Shown here: positions 30,734 to 40,738 of the stretch, in pieces
How the letters are laid out: every line of letters starts with the position of its first letter
Position numbering within the stretch: position 1 is the first letter of the stretch
Assembly (NCBI GenBank): GCA_963676835.2
Contig: CAXXFF010000002.1
Span: forward strand, 768,001 to 832,000
DNA length: 64,000 nucleotides
From: Marispirochaeta sp.
GTDB lineage: Bacteria > Spirochaetota > Spirochaetia > JC444 > Marispirochaetaceae
Direction: 5' to 3'
The notes under the pieces: model-generated
What the model was told of the DNA's origin: nothing
The model's input: only the letters and a program-made list of their open reading frames with translations
Database searches by the model: none
Program-made: the position numbers and the translations under genes

Positions 30734-30807
30734 GGGGGTGTAGCTCAGTTGGCTAGAGCGCGTGAATGGCATTCACGAGGTCATGGGTTCGATTCCCACC
30801 ACCTCCA
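30734..30807 (+). tRNA. tRNA-Ala(GGC)
   Basis: GGGGGTG/CACCTCC acceptor with G3:U70, D arm AGCTCAGTTGGCTAGAGC, CGTGA-ATGGCAT-TCACG anticodon arm, GGTTCGATTCC. CCA not encoded. Confidence 0.97.
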
Positions 30808-30821
30808 CTACAGAAAACGCT

Positions 30822-32474
30822 ATGGGCGACTTTAACGATTCTAAAAGTGATCTTTTCTCCGGCGAAATCGATCCCGATATCGCTGAACTCATGGGTATTG
30901 ACGATGAGCCGACCTCCTCAACTCCGGGCTTTGATGACCTCTTTAACGAAGGGGGAAGTACCAAAGCGGAACCGGCCAGTCCTGAAGTAAGCGATATAAG
31001 CCGGGACCATTTTCATCCCATTACCCGCTTTGAGCAGGATCCCCAGCCCTATTTCAACGATAAAAATTACTATAAGACTGCCCTCGGCGGAGAAGGGGAA
31101 TCTTCCCAGCGGGTGCATACCCTGCTCTCCAAATTCCTGAATACCCAGGACCCCAAAGAGCGTTCAGTATTCCGGGGCAAACTATTGTCTGCGTACTGGA
31201 ATCTTTCTGAAAGCATTGCCCGGAAAATCTGTTCCGGACTGCCGCTGCCGAAACAGCTGCTTCTGCGTTACGGGATACTTTTACCCACCCTTTTAAGTAA
31301 GGAACAGCGGGCCATGTTTCAGCGGATTGTCTTTAAAAATGAAACCGGTGAACCTGTCCATTACGTGGATGAATGGCTGAATATGGTCGGCCGTGGACAT
31401 GTGGGTAATTCCGCAACGGACGAAACCAAGGTTGTCAGACAGAAGCAGGACCGTAAGGTAAATACCCGACTGGAAAGAGTGAAGGGTCAGCGGGATTTTC
31501 AGATGGGGGTGCTTAACCGCAAGCTGGCGGAACAGGGCAGTATGGAGCGGCAGCTGAAAAACCATGTCCAGTCAATTATGGTTCATAGCAAGCGCCCTGA
31601 TCTCTCCGGATTAAGTGATACCTACACCCACGAGCAGCGGCAGACTCTTACCGCTATTGCCAACATGGTTCGGGACCTGCAGAAGCTTGATACGGAAATC
31701 TCCAAAACCTTTGAACATTTTGAAGATAACGAGAAAGAGTATAAGAAACTCATGGAGAGTGCCGGCGGAGCTGAAGTTACAACAGTAGATAATGAAGCGC
31801 TGAACACCGAGCACTCCACCATCCGCCAGATGGCCAAGCTCTGTGTCGGACGTCAGGGAAACCATTTCCCCATGGCCATGAAGCAGTACTTTCGTGACAG
31901 CATTCGTGATATCGCCACCAGGGAGAATATTATCCTGCAGATGGCAGCGGTGGAGCACCTGGATCCGGGACTCTTCCAGCGTACCTTCAAGCAGCAGACC
32001 AACCGTATTGTGCCCCATGTGCTGATTATTCCCAGTTACGGTGACCGGGGTATCTGCTGGGAGCCCTTCGAAAAGTATAACCGCGCGACCAGCCGGGGGC
32101 GGATTGCAATACCTTTGTATCCCAAGGATGTGAAGACCGCCATTATTGCAGCCCTTGGAGATCTGCGCTGGCAGGTAGCCAAAGAGAAGGCTCAGCATTA
32201 CTGGATGGAAGAAGGTCTTACCGGACGCTATTACCAGTGGTTTTCTGATAGAAAGATCCGGGGCGATGTTCGGGAGTATTTCATAAACGATTATATTCTC
32301 TGGATAACCAAAGAGAGTGAAGGCACCCAGAAACTGGACCGGGAAGTCCGGGGTGTTCTCTGGCGCTACTGTCCGTTTCCCCAGGAGCTCAGGGATTCCC
32401 TGCGGAACCGGGGCTATGTCTATAATGAACTCTACAAGCGGGATCAAAACCGCTCCATGTCTGACGGCTATTGA
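30822..32474 (+). CDS. Conserved hypothetical protein (acidic N-terminus, coiled coil, conserved C-terminal domain)
   Basis: Long ORF. Start moved to MGDFND because the track start lies inside the tRNA. Confidence 0.8.
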   Translation: MGDFNDSKSDLFSGEIDPDIAELMGIDDEPTSSTPGFDDLFNEGGSTKAEPASPEVSDISRDHFHPITRFEQDPQPYFNDKNYYKTALGGEGESSQRVHTLLSKFLNTQDPKERSVFRGKLLSAYWNLSESIARKICSGLPLPKQLLLRYGILLPTLLSKEQRAMFQRIVFKNETGEPVHYVDEWLNMVGRGHVGNSATDETKVVRQKQDRKVNTRLERVKGQRDFQMGVLNRKLAEQGSMERQLKNHVQSIMVHSKRPDLSGLSDTYTHEQRQTLTAIANMVRDLQKLDTEISKTFEHFEDNEKEYKKLMESAGGAEVTTVDNEALNTEHSTIRQMAKLCVGRQGNHFPMAMKQYFRDSIRDIATRENIILQMAAVEHLDPGLFQRTFKQQTNRIVPHVLIIPSYGDRGICWEPFEKYNRATSRGRIAIPLYPKDVKTAIIAALGDLRWQVAKEKAQHYWMEEGLTGRYYQWFSDRKIRGDVREYFINDYILWITKESEGTQKLDREVRGVLWRYCPFPQELRDSLRNRGYVYNELYKRDQNRSMSDGY

Positions 32475-32755
32475 TCTTTTTTTCGTAAATTCCGCTTTAA
32501 AAACGGCTCAAAGTATCTGTCCATCTCCACCCGCCGCATAACAAAGTGCATCATGCGGTGGTAGATAAAGAATGATCCGCCTATGGCCACCGGAAAGGGC
32601 AGCAGTCCAAGGAAGCGGGTAAGCCAGCGGGGCATGTTCGCCGCCGGAAGCAACGAAAGAAGCAGCAGGGCCGCTCCGAGAATCAGCAGCATAATGATAA
32701 TGTTCAGCACCGAAGCCAGGAGCACAAAAAGCAGGGTGTTGAGCTTCCTGTTCAT
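32468..32755 (-). CDS. Small two-TM membrane protein coupled to lspA
   Basis: MNRKLNTLLFVLL..., ATGA overlap with the lspA stop. Confidence 0.75.
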   Translation of the reverse strand: MNRKLNTLLFVLLASVLNIIIMLLILGAALLLLSLLPAANMPRWLTRFLGLLPFPVAIGGSFFIYHRMMHFVMRRVEMDRYFEPFLKRNLRKKDQ

Positions 32756-33282
32756 TTCTGTTCCGCCTGCTTCTGCTGGAGAAGGAAGCTTATTCCCAGA
32801 AGGATTCCCCCCACAACAATACTGGCATCGGCGATGTTGAATGCCGGCCACCGTTCCATGCCGAAAAGGCCGTAGAATTTTACCGACACAAAATCAACCA
32901 CTCCTTTGGGCCGGAATATGCGGTCAATCTGATTGCCCAGGCCTCCGCCTATAATCAGGGCTATGCACCAGCGCTGCAGCCGGGTCAGCTCGGTGGTTTT
33001 CCAGTAATAGACCAGTACAACTCCCAGCACAGCCAGGGGCACCACAATGAAGAGGATCTTCCTTAAGATATCCGGAAGCCCGTAGCCGATGCTGAAGGCC
33101 ACACCGAGGTTTCGGGTGTGGATTATCCAGAGGAAGTCCCCGCCCCAGGAAAAGCCTATGCTGTGGTAGGTAATGGATGCAACAATAAGTGCTTTTACAA
33201 TCTGATCCGCAGCAATCACCGCCAGGGTAAGTACGAGGGGGAGTAAAAGTTCTCTCTTCTGACGCCTATCTATGGGGGACAT
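32752..33282 (-). CDS. lspA: Lipoprotein signal peptidase II
   Basis: DQIVK, NLGVAFS, GGGLGNQIDR, VVDF, FNIAD. Confidence 0.96.
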   Translation of the reverse strand: MSPIDRRQKRELLLPLVLTLAVIAADQIVKALIVASITYHSIGFSWGGDFLWIIHTRNLGVAFSIGYGLPDILRKILFIVVPLAVLGVVLVYYWKTTELTRLQRWCIALIIGGGLGNQIDRIFRPKGVVDFVSVKFYGLFGMERWPAFNIADASIVVGGILLGISFLLQQKQAEQK

Positions 33283-33358
33283 TAACGCTCCTTTTTTTGT
33301 ACTTTAATATGGTACATTTTTTGATTCCACGTTTTTACTATGGTGTAAACAGCTTTGC

Positions 33359-34120
33359 TTATAAGCCTGTGGGTATATCAATAAAAACAGTTTCCAGTCC
33401 GGTCTCTTCGGCTACCCGTTTTGCCATGGCTTCCACTCCCCAGGTTTCCGACGCATAATGGCCGGCGGCAATCATGTTTATGCCCTGTTCCTGAGCTGTA
33501 TGATATACCGTGTGGTCTGCTTCTCCAGAAATAAACAGGTCGAATCCTGCATCGATGGCCTGGCTGATGTCCCGGGAGCTGCCGCCGGAAATAATTCCCA
33601 CGGTGCTGATCTTTTCCGGGCCGAAGGGGAGAATTGCATTGCACTCTTCCGGGTGCATTTTAAGCCTGGTGAGAATGGAGGGGATATCCTGAGGTTCTTC
33701 AAATCGGCCGGAAAACCCGATGGTTTTGCCTTTGTACCAGCCGAAGGGTTCAATCTCCCTTAAGTCCATGGCCCTGGCCATACCGATATTGTTGCCCAGC
33801 TCTGCATGGGCATCCAGAGGCAGGTGCACGGCGTAAAGACCGATATCGTTCTCCAGCAGAAAACGGATCCGCTGATAGTGGGTGCCTGTGAGAACGCTCT
33901 CCCGTCCCCAGAAAATGCCGTGATGCACAAAAAGAAGGTCCGCCCCAAGCTCTGCTGCCTGGTTGAAGCTCTGCATTACCGCGTCTACCGCGAAGGCCAC
34001 CTTCCTGATTTCGCTGTTCTTTCGTTCCACCTGAATACCGTTCTGCGAGTAGTCGATGGAGGCAAAATCGGCAATGTTCAGAAGCTCTGAGCAGTACCGG
34101 TGAAAATCTTTAAGCTGCAT
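33359..34120 (-). CDS. Nif3-like dinuclear metal centre protein
   Basis: NGIQVE, VHHG, HLPLDAH..GNN, GHYASE. Confidence 0.93.
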   Translation of the reverse strand: MQLKDFHRYCSELLNIADFASIDYSQNGIQVERKNSEIRKVAFAVDAVMQSFNQAAELGADLLFVHHGIFWGRESVLTGTHYQRIRFLLENDIGLYAVHLPLDAHAELGNNIGMARAMDLREIEPFGWYKGKTIGFSGRFEEPQDIPSILTRLKMHPEECNAILPFGPEKISTVGIISGGSSRDISQAIDAGFDLFISGEADHTVYHTAQEQGINMIAAGHYASETWGVEAMAKRVAEETGLETVFIDIPTGL

Positions 34121-34205
34121 AGCCGGTATTATAGGGGGTGATGCCGGTTTGGAAAAGAGCGATATATGCTTGACAGCAGTTCCGGGGCCTCGCATTATTG
34201 AATTT

Positions 34206-36614
34206 ATGGAAGTGCCTGCAAATCATCCCCGCCTCAGTCCGGAGGAAGTCTCTTTTTTTATTGATCCGGAATATCTGCGGGGCATAGAAGTTCATGAAGA
34301 CGATGAAAAGATAATCGGTCAGCCCCGGGCCCTGAAGGCTCTGCGGCTTGGAACTGAAATCCGGGCAAAGGGTTACAACCTTGTAGTCAGCGGGCATCCC
34401 GGTACCGGCCGCAGTACTGCAATCCGCAGGGTTCTGGATGAGATAAAGGGTAGCCCGGAAAACTCCCGGGACATTGCCTTTGTCTATAATTTTCAGCGTT
34501 CCTATGAACCCATGGTTCTCTATTTTGCCCCTGGAGGGGCGAGACGCTTCAAGCAGCTTCTGCATGAGCTTGTGGAAAAGCTGAAGATTCTCATAAAAGC
34601 CCGCCTTACCAGCGAACTGTATATAAACCGCCGGGACCGGATTGTCTCCCTCATTGAGAAGGAGGAGAACCATATTCTCTCCAAGTTCGAGGCCCGTCTT
34701 GCCTCCCAGGGATTCGCTGCGGTGCGTATGGAGGACGGCGCAGGACTCGCCACCGATATTGTCCCGCTTATCGACGGAGCTCCGGGAGATTTTGATCAGC
34801 TTCAAAGCAAGGTTGCCGCCGGTGATTACACCGAACAGGAGTGGAATGAGCGCAGGGAGGTCTACTATCAGCTCATGGATGAGATGCGCTCCATCTTCGA
34901 TGATCTGAAGCGTGCCCGGGCCGCCATGGAAGAGGATCTTGCAGCACTTCAGGCTGAAACTATCCGCCCCTCTCTGCATTCAGAGCTGGAGTCTTTAAAG
35001 AAAGAGTTTACCGAACCCGCCTCGGCTGCCTATCTTGCGGCCCTGGAGCAGGATATTCTGGATCATCTTTTTGTTTTTACCGGGGATGAGCCCCTGGAGG
35101 ACAGTACGGGAAACCGGGTTTTTCTGCGCTACGGCATAAATATTCTCAAAGAGGCGGGGACCGGCAACAGTCCCCCGGTGATTATTGAAAACAACCCTAC
35201 GGTGCAGAACCTTATCGGCAGCATAGAGTTTCCCGTTGATCTGGTAGGACGATCAACAGTGAACTACACCTCCATTCGGGCAGGCTCCCTGATAAAGGCA
35301 TCCGGAGGCTATCTGGTTATCCGCCTGGATGATCTCCTGGAAGAGGATGGAGCCTGGCTGCAGTTGAAGAGGGTTCTCCAGTCGGAGGTTGTTGAAATAC
35401 AGGCTCCCCTGGGGCTTATGGGGCTTCCGGCCCCCCAGATCAAGCCGGAAGCAGTACATATTGATGTAAAAATAATCCTGGTGGCGGAAGAGGGTGATTA
35501 TGATCTCCTCTACAATGCCGACGGGGATTTTGCCAAGTACTTCAAGGTTTCCGCCGAGTTTGACAGCTCAATGGATCTGGATGCCGACGGTACTGCCCGC
35601 TACATGGAGTTTATTCGCCGCACCGCCTCGGGCCAGTCCCTGCTGGAACCTACGTTTGACGGTATGGCGGAGATCCTGGCCTATGGATCCTACCTGGCGG
35701 ACCAGCGTGACAAGCTTTCAACCCAGTTTTCCCAGATTTCCGACCTTATGGTGGAGGCCGACTACTGGGGCCGAAAGGAGGGCCTTGCAAACCTCAACGC
35801 GAAGGCCGTCCGGAGGGCTCTGGATGAACGGCGCTATCTCTTTAATCTGCCTGAGGAGAAGCTCGAAGAGCTTATTCTCCAGGGAGATATTCTGCTTAAT
35901 CTGGAGGGTAGTGCGATCGGCCGGATAAACGGTCTGGCTATTCACGACCGGGGATACTATGCCTTCGGCATGCCCACCCTGATATCCGCCAGAATCGCTC
36001 CGGGCGAAGAGGGACTGGTGAATATAGAGCGGGAAGTTGGACTCTCCGGAGAGATTCATGATAAATGGATGCTGATTATCGAGGGCTACCTGCGCTCCCG
36101 CTATGCCATGGATTTTCCCCTTTCCATGTATGCCGCAGTCTGTTTTGAGCAGTCCTACAGCGAAATCGACGGTGATTCCGCCTCCTCCACCGAGATGTAT
36201 GCCCTGCTGTCGGCTTCGGGAAAAATTCCGCTGAGACAGGATATTGCGGTTACCGGCTCCATGAGTCAAACCGGTGAGATTCAGCCTGTAGGGGGCATCA
36301 GTGAGAAGATAACCGGCTTCTTCAATATCTGCTCCCGTCTGGGATTAAGCGGCAGTCAGGGGGTTATTATTCCCCATCAGAATAGAAAGAATCTGTTTCT
36401 TGGACCGGAAGTACGGGAGGCGGTGGCTGAGGGGCTGTTTTCCATCTATCCCGTGGAGACCATTGATCAGGGAATGGAGATTCTTACGGGCCTTCCGGCC
36501 GGCAAGGCTGGAAAACCTGCCAAGGACGGCAGATATCCTGCAAAGACTATTAACGGCATGGTTGAAAGAGAGCTCCGTTCCATGGCAATGCTGGTGAAGC
36601 AGTTCAATAACTGA
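34206..36614 (+). CDS. Lon-like (LonC/AAA_32) protease
   Basis: IGQPRA, GHPGTGR, GSLIKASGGYL, IDGDSAS catalytic Ser, QPVGGISEKI. Confidence 0.9.
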   Translation: MEVPANHPRLSPEEVSFFIDPEYLRGIEVHEDDEKIIGQPRALKALRLGTEIRAKGYNLVVSGHPGTGRSTAIRRVLDEIKGSPENSRDIAFVYNFQRSYEPMVLYFAPGGARRFKQLLHELVEKLKILIKARLTSELYINRRDRIVSLIEKEENHILSKFEARLASQGFAAVRMEDGAGLATDIVPLIDGAPGDFDQLQSKVAAGDYTEQEWNERREVYYQLMDEMRSIFDDLKRARAAMEEDLAALQAETIRPSLHSELESLKKEFTEPASAAYLAALEQDILDHLFVFTGDEPLEDSTGNRVFLRYGINILKEAGTGNSPPVIIENNPTVQNLIGSIEFPVDLVGRSTVNYTSIRAGSLIKASGGYLVIRLDDLLEEDGAWLQLKRVLQSEVVEIQAPLGLMGLPAPQIKPEAVHIDVKIILVAEEGDYDLLYNADGDFAKYFKVSAEFDSSMDLDADGTARYMEFIRRTASGQSLLEPTFDGMAEILAYGSYLADQRDKLSTQFSQISDLMVEADYWGRKEGLANLNAKAVRRALDERRYLFNLPEEKLEELILQGDILLNLEGSAIGRINGLAIHDRGYYAFGMPTLISARIAPGEEGLVNIEREVGLSGEIHDKWMLIIEGYLRSRYAMDFPLSMYAAVCFEQSYSEIDGDSASSTEMYALLSASGKIPLRQDIAVTGSMSQTGEIQPVGGISEKITGFFNICSRLGLSGSQGVIIPHQNRKNLFLGPEVREAVAEGLFSIYPVETIDQGMEILTGLPAGKAGKPAKDGRYPAKTINGMVERELRSMAMLVKQFNN

Positions 36615-36727
36615 GTATCTTTTTGATTGCCTGAGTGAAACTTTTGGCCGATACTGTTATTATCATACTATACTGCCGTTCCAGCTTCCGGACATCGGAT
36701 CCCTGTGCTTGTCGGTATATTTTTTAG

Positions 36728-38218
36728 GTGGCTAAGGTTATGTCAAAAGCAGTAGATGTTGAAAAAATCAAACGCGCAGCCAGGAATTCAATTCCAATCT
36801 CCATAAAGACCTTTACCCTTCCCCATGAGACTGAAGAGTATATGGAACGGATTCTGGAAGTCTTTCTGGATGAGTTCGGTCAGGATCAGCTGACTGCCCG
36901 TATCGGCTACTGCATGAAAGAGCTTGCGGTAAACGCCAAGAAGGCCAATACAAAGCGTATCTATTTTCAGGAAAAAAACCTCGATATAAATGACCCCAAA
37001 CAGTATGAAAAGGGTATGGAGAGTTTCAAGCAGGAAACCCTCGACAATATTGATTTCTACCTTCAAAAGCAGAAGGAAGCAGGACTCTACGTAAAGGTTG
37101 TGTATCATTCCCAGGGCAACTCCTTTACTATGAGCATCCGCAACAACAGCCGTATTTCCCGCAAGGAGCAGATCCGGGTATATGACAGAATCGCCCGTTC
37201 CCGAGCCTTCGATTCCATGGAAGAGGCTCTCTCCTCCGTGCTTGACGATTCCGAAGGTGCCGGTCTGGGTATTGTTATTCTGGTGCTTATGCTTAAAAAG
37301 ATGGGGCTCGATGAGGATGCCTTCGATATCGATGTAGAAGGGGACGAGACGGTTGCCCGTATAACCCTGCCCTTTTCTGCCATTCACCTCGAAAACGTCA
37401 AGGAACTTTCCCGGGAAATTGTTAACGAGATTGATGAGCTTCCCCAGTTTCCCGACAACATTGTCTATCTTCAGAAACTTATCAGCGATCCCGATTCTGA
37501 AATTTCCGATATTGCCCGTCAGATCAGTACCGACCCATCTCTCACCGCCGATCTCCTGAAGCATGTTAACTCGGCCCAGTTTATGCTGCCCAAGCGGGTG
37601 GATAATATTGTCGAGGCGGTCAAGCTGGTCGGTTTCCGGGGTATCAAGAACCTGCTCTACTCATACGGAACCCAGAAAATACTGGACAGCAGTCAGCGCT
37701 GGCTCTGGGATCACAGTTACCGGGCGGCTTTCTATGCCTATAATCTGGCAAAGAACTTCAAGCGCCGGAAAGATCTGCTGGATGATGCCTATGTAGGCGG
37801 AATCCTTCACGATATGGGTAAAATTATCTTCTCCAATGTGCATCCCCACCTGATGGACCGCATTCAGGGCTTCTGTGTCGACCGCAGTATAAACCGTGAC
37901 TTCATAGAGGACCTCAGTGCCGGACTCAACCATGCGGAGATTGGTGCCCTTATTGCGGAAAAATGGAATTTCCCCGTCTCCCTTATTGAGGCTATCCGTT
38001 TCCACCATGAACCCGCGGATTGTCACCCGGAATTCAAGGATGTGGTCTACACCGTCTATCTGGCCAATGCCCTCTGCGATTTTGAGAAAGGCGATATAGA
38101 GTTTGACCAGCTGGTTCCGGAAGTTCTCAAGGACTTCGGTTTTTCTTCGGAGGAACAGTTCCGCATGGTTCAGAACAAGCTTTCCACCGCTTTCAGCGAC
38201 GAGCGCAACAAGGTTTAA
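36728..38218 (+). CDS. HDOD-domain protein with N-terminal HATPase-like domain
   Basis: ELAVNA and GAGLG; LPQFP, DPSLTADLLKHVNS, GILHDMGK, HAEIGALIAEKWNFP..IRFHH. Confidence 0.88.
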   Translation: MAKVMSKAVDVEKIKRAARNSIPISIKTFTLPHETEEYMERILEVFLDEFGQDQLTARIGYCMKELAVNAKKANTKRIYFQEKNLDINDPKQYEKGMESFKQETLDNIDFYLQKQKEAGLYVKVVYHSQGNSFTMSIRNNSRISRKEQIRVYDRIARSRAFDSMEEALSSVLDDSEGAGLGIVILVLMLKKMGLDEDAFDIDVEGDETVARITLPFSAIHLENVKELSREIVNEIDELPQFPDNIVYLQKLISDPDSEISDIARQISTDPSLTADLLKHVNSAQFMLPKRVDNIVEAVKLVGFRGIKNLLYSYGTQKILDSSQRWLWDHSYRAAFYAYNLAKNFKRRKDLLDDAYVGGILHDMGKIIFSNVHPHLMDRIQGFCVDRSINRDFIEDLSAGLNHAEIGALIAEKWNFPVSLIEAIRFHHEPADCHPEFKDVVYTVYLANALCDFEKGDIEFDQLVPEVLKDFGFSSEEQFRMVQNKLSTAFSDERNKV

Positions 38219-38262
38219 ATTAAGAGCCGCCCTGAAATCCCTTCGTGGCATGAAGAAAATAC

Positions 38263-38291
38263 TTGACATCTCTATATATAAATTATAATAT
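38263..38291 (+). promoter_or_regulatory. Sigma70-like promoter of the glutaredoxin gene
   Basis: TTGACA at 38263; TATAAT/TAATAT at 38284-38291. Confidence 0.55.
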
Positions 38292-38322
38292 ATAAAGTAT
38301 ATTATAGATAGCGGAGGGCGTT

Positions 38323-38553
38323 ATGGCTGTAAAGATCTATACAACACCAAGCTGCGTGTATTGCACAAAGGCAAAACAGTATTTCAGGGAGAACAGTATC
38401 CCTTTTACCGAGTTTAATGTTGCACAGGACCTGAGAAGGGCGGAAGAGATGGTAAAGAAATCGGGACAGATGGGTGTTCCGGTTGTTGATGTAAACGGAA
38501 GAATTATAGTCGGCTTCAATCAGCCTGAAATAGAAAAAGCTCTGCACCGCTGA
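38323..38553 (+). CDS. Glutaredoxin-like (NrdH/YruB-type) redoxin
   Basis: YTTPSCVYC, GQMGVPV, IVGF; GGAGG RBS. Confidence 0.92.
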   Translation: MAVKIYTTPSCVYCTKAKQYFRENSIPFTEFNVAQDLRRAEEMVKKSGQMGVPVVDVNGRIIVGFNQPEIEKALHR

Positions 38554-38577
38554 GGCACTTAAGGCGGGAGACAATGG

Positions 38578-38604
38578 ACCGGCGGGGAAACCTGCCGGTT
38601 TTTT
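38578..38604 (+). terminator. Intrinsic terminator
   Basis: ACCGGCGGG-gaaa-CCTGCCGGT followed by a T run. Confidence 0.8.
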
Positions 38605-39433
38605 ATTGCTTATATTCACTCCAGCGCTGCATGGCTATACCGGCGGCAACCCCCACATTCAGCGAGGCCTTGGCGCCTCCCATGGGAATGGTCACCCGGA
38701 TATCCGCAGTTTCCAGCGCCTCTTCTGTAACCCCCCACTCTTCATTTCCCAGGATTAAAAGCCCTCCGGGGCTGAACTCAATATTGCCCACAGGGGTACC
38801 TCCTGTCTCGAGGGCCATGATGGTGCATTCTCTGTTTTCGTTTGCTGCAGCTCTCCTTACAGATTCAACGGCCTCTTTCAGGGAGCAGACAGTCCAGGGG
38901 ATTATCTCAGCTGTTCCCATGGCGCTGCGGCTTGCCCTGGGCTGATCCGGGGCCGGGGTGGCCGGGGAGAGGTAGATTTGGCGGATACCGAAGGCATCGG
39001 CACTGCGGAAAATGGATCCCACGTTGAAGGGTGAGCGCAGATCTTCAAGATAGAGTGCCGCAGGCCGGGTGTGACGTGCTTCCGGGTCCAGGCTACTGGT
39101 TTCCGCTATGCGCAGGTCCCAGTCGGCCAGAGGAGTGCCCAGTTCGTCAAACAGGAGCATTGCGAGAACACCACAGGAGCGGCCCCATGTGTCAGGTGCT
39201 TCCCGGGCCAGGGAGAGTTTTTCTCTCCGCACTTCCGCTTCAAGACCGGAGGCAAGCCTGCGGATCTGTTCGTCCGTATCGGATTTATCGATTATTGAGC
39301 AGAGCCCGGCCAGGTAGAAGCTGTCCACCATTTGTCTGAGGCGTATCTGTTCCTCAAAGCTGCGCATAAGTAAGGCGCATTTTTTCAGCCGTCCCCTGGT
39401 GGGAAGACTTTCAAGTTTACGCAGTGCAATCAT
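38603..39433 (-). CDS. TrmH/SpoU family RNA methyltransferase
   Basis: NVGSIFRSADAFG, LGNEEWG, IPMGG..SLNVGVAAGI. Confidence 0.93.
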   Translation of the reverse strand: MIALRKLESLPTRGRLKKCALLMRSFEEQIRLRQMVDSFYLAGLCSIIDKSDTDEQIRRLASGLEAEVRREKLSLAREAPDTWGRSCGVLAMLLFDELGTPLADWDLRIAETSSLDPEARHTRPAALYLEDLRSPFNVGSIFRSADAFGIRQIYLSPATPAPDQPRASRSAMGTAEIIPWTVCSLKEAVESVRRAAANENRECTIMALETGGTPVGNIEFSPGGLLILGNEEWGVTEEALETADIRVTIPMGGAKASLNVGVAAGIAMQRWSEYKQ

Positions 39434-39451
39434 AGGCCTGTCATGGACCTA

Positions 39452-40597
39452 TCATAGGGAATCGCGGAGAAGCTTGAGTATTCCTGCTTCATTCAGCGGT
39501 ACAGGCATGCCGTCATTAAGGCCGGACTCGGTTACCGCTGTTGCCAGAACGGGAAGATCATTCTCCTGTATACCGTAATCGCTCAGACGCAGGGGCAGCT
39601 TCAGGGAGTCGATGCTGCGGCGCAGCGATCCGATAACCCGGTCGGCAGCCTCGGAGGTTCGCATCCCCCGGGTGTCTTCCTCCAGAATCGGCGCCATGCG
39701 GGCGATTTTCTCCGGGCATGCCTCTCTGCCGTATTCCAGGATTGCCGGCAGAATCACTGCGGCAATGCCGGATTTCGGCACCCTGAAGAGGCCGCTGGCG
39801 CAGATTGAAATCGCTGTCCCCGCACCGGGGCTGCCCATGGTAAGGCCCACAGCTGACAGAAGGCCCCCCTGGTGGGCTTTTATTTCCACCTCCGGGGAGT
39901 CGTGTCGTCTGAACTCTTTGATATAATCAACAAGACGGCCGATGGAACGCAGCAGAAGGGTGGATGACATAAAGTTGGTTCTGCTTGAGAAGAAGCCTTC
40001 CAGGCTGTGGAGAAGGGTATCCAGTACGGTGGCGGCGGCGATCTGGCTGCTTATCTCGGTACTGAATGCAGGATCCATTACCACAAGCTGCGGGGCAGCC
40101 CCTTCAGCGGTAAAAACCCGGCTGGCTCTGTTGCGGGCGTCGGTCAGATAGAAGCTGTTTCCCAGCATAAAAGGGTTTCTGCAGGTTGTGGGCAGCTCTA
40201 TATAGGGATAGACCGGCCGGGTGAGTCCCTGTCCGGTTATAAGGCTGTCATAGTCAAAAATTGATGAACCCGCTGCAGCAATAGCCTTTGCCAGAGAGAG
40301 TGTCCTTACCCCTCCCATACCTATGATCATTTCCACATGGGCCGATTTTGCCAGGTCGAGACAGTTTTCCCCCGCCTTACTGGTGGTTTCTGTCGTTACT
40401 TCGCTAAAGGTTATTGTCTCCACACCGTTGCGGTTCAAGAGGCGCTGCACATCACTCAGTCGTGTTGATCCATGCAGAATGGAGTCTGCAATGAGCAGGG
40501 CTCTGGTGCCGATTTTTCTGGTAGCCGGGCCAATCTGAAGTCGGCTGTCTCTTCCGAAGTGTACCTTGCCCGGTATGTGGAGGAATAGGGAATCCAT
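39452..40597 (-). CDS. Iron-containing alcohol dehydrogenase family protein, degenerate
   Basis: PGKVHFG, IIGMGG, LPTT, DP, DTLLHSLEG, LRLSDYG. Confidence 0.8.
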   Translation of the reverse strand: MDSLFLHIPGKVHFGRDSRLQIGPATRKIGTRALLIADSILHGSTRLSDVQRLLNRNGVETITFSEVTTETTSKAGENCLDLAKSAHVEMIIGMGGVRTLSLAKAIAAAGSSIFDYDSLITGQGLTRPVYPYIELPTTCRNPFMLGNSFYLTDARNRASRVFTAEGAAPQLVVMDPAFSTEISSQIAAATVLDTLLHSLEGFFSSRTNFMSSTLLLRSIGRLVDYIKEFRRHDSPEVEIKAHQGGLLSAVGLTMGSPGAGTAISICASGLFRVPKSGIAAVILPAILEYGREACPEKIARMAPILEEDTRGMRTSEAADRVIGSLRRSIDSLKLPLRLSDYGIQENDLPVLATAVTESGLNDGMPVPLNEAGILKLLRDSL

Positions 40598-40687
40598 GAA
40601 CAGAGTATAGTATGTGCGGCGGTTTTTAGCAAAAGGATAGAAAAGATGATCCGGTAAAAAGTAACGGAAAAACGGTGAACAGGCATA

Positions 40688-40718
40688 AAAAAAGGCCTTT
40701 TCGAATGAGAAAAGGCCT
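40688..40718 (-). terminator. flgM terminator
   Basis: AGGCCTTTTC-gaatga-GAAAAGGCCT preceded by an A run. Confidence 0.8.
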
Positions 40719-40738
40719 GTAATCAGAGTGGTGAAAAA

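Noticed and set aside
30734..30807. tRNA as an island integration site
   Set aside because: No integrase, duplicated tRNA 3' end or foreign-looking cargo seen
30762..30821. N-terminal extension of the 570-aa ORF
   Set aside because: Overlaps tRNA-Ala; the real start is more likely 30822
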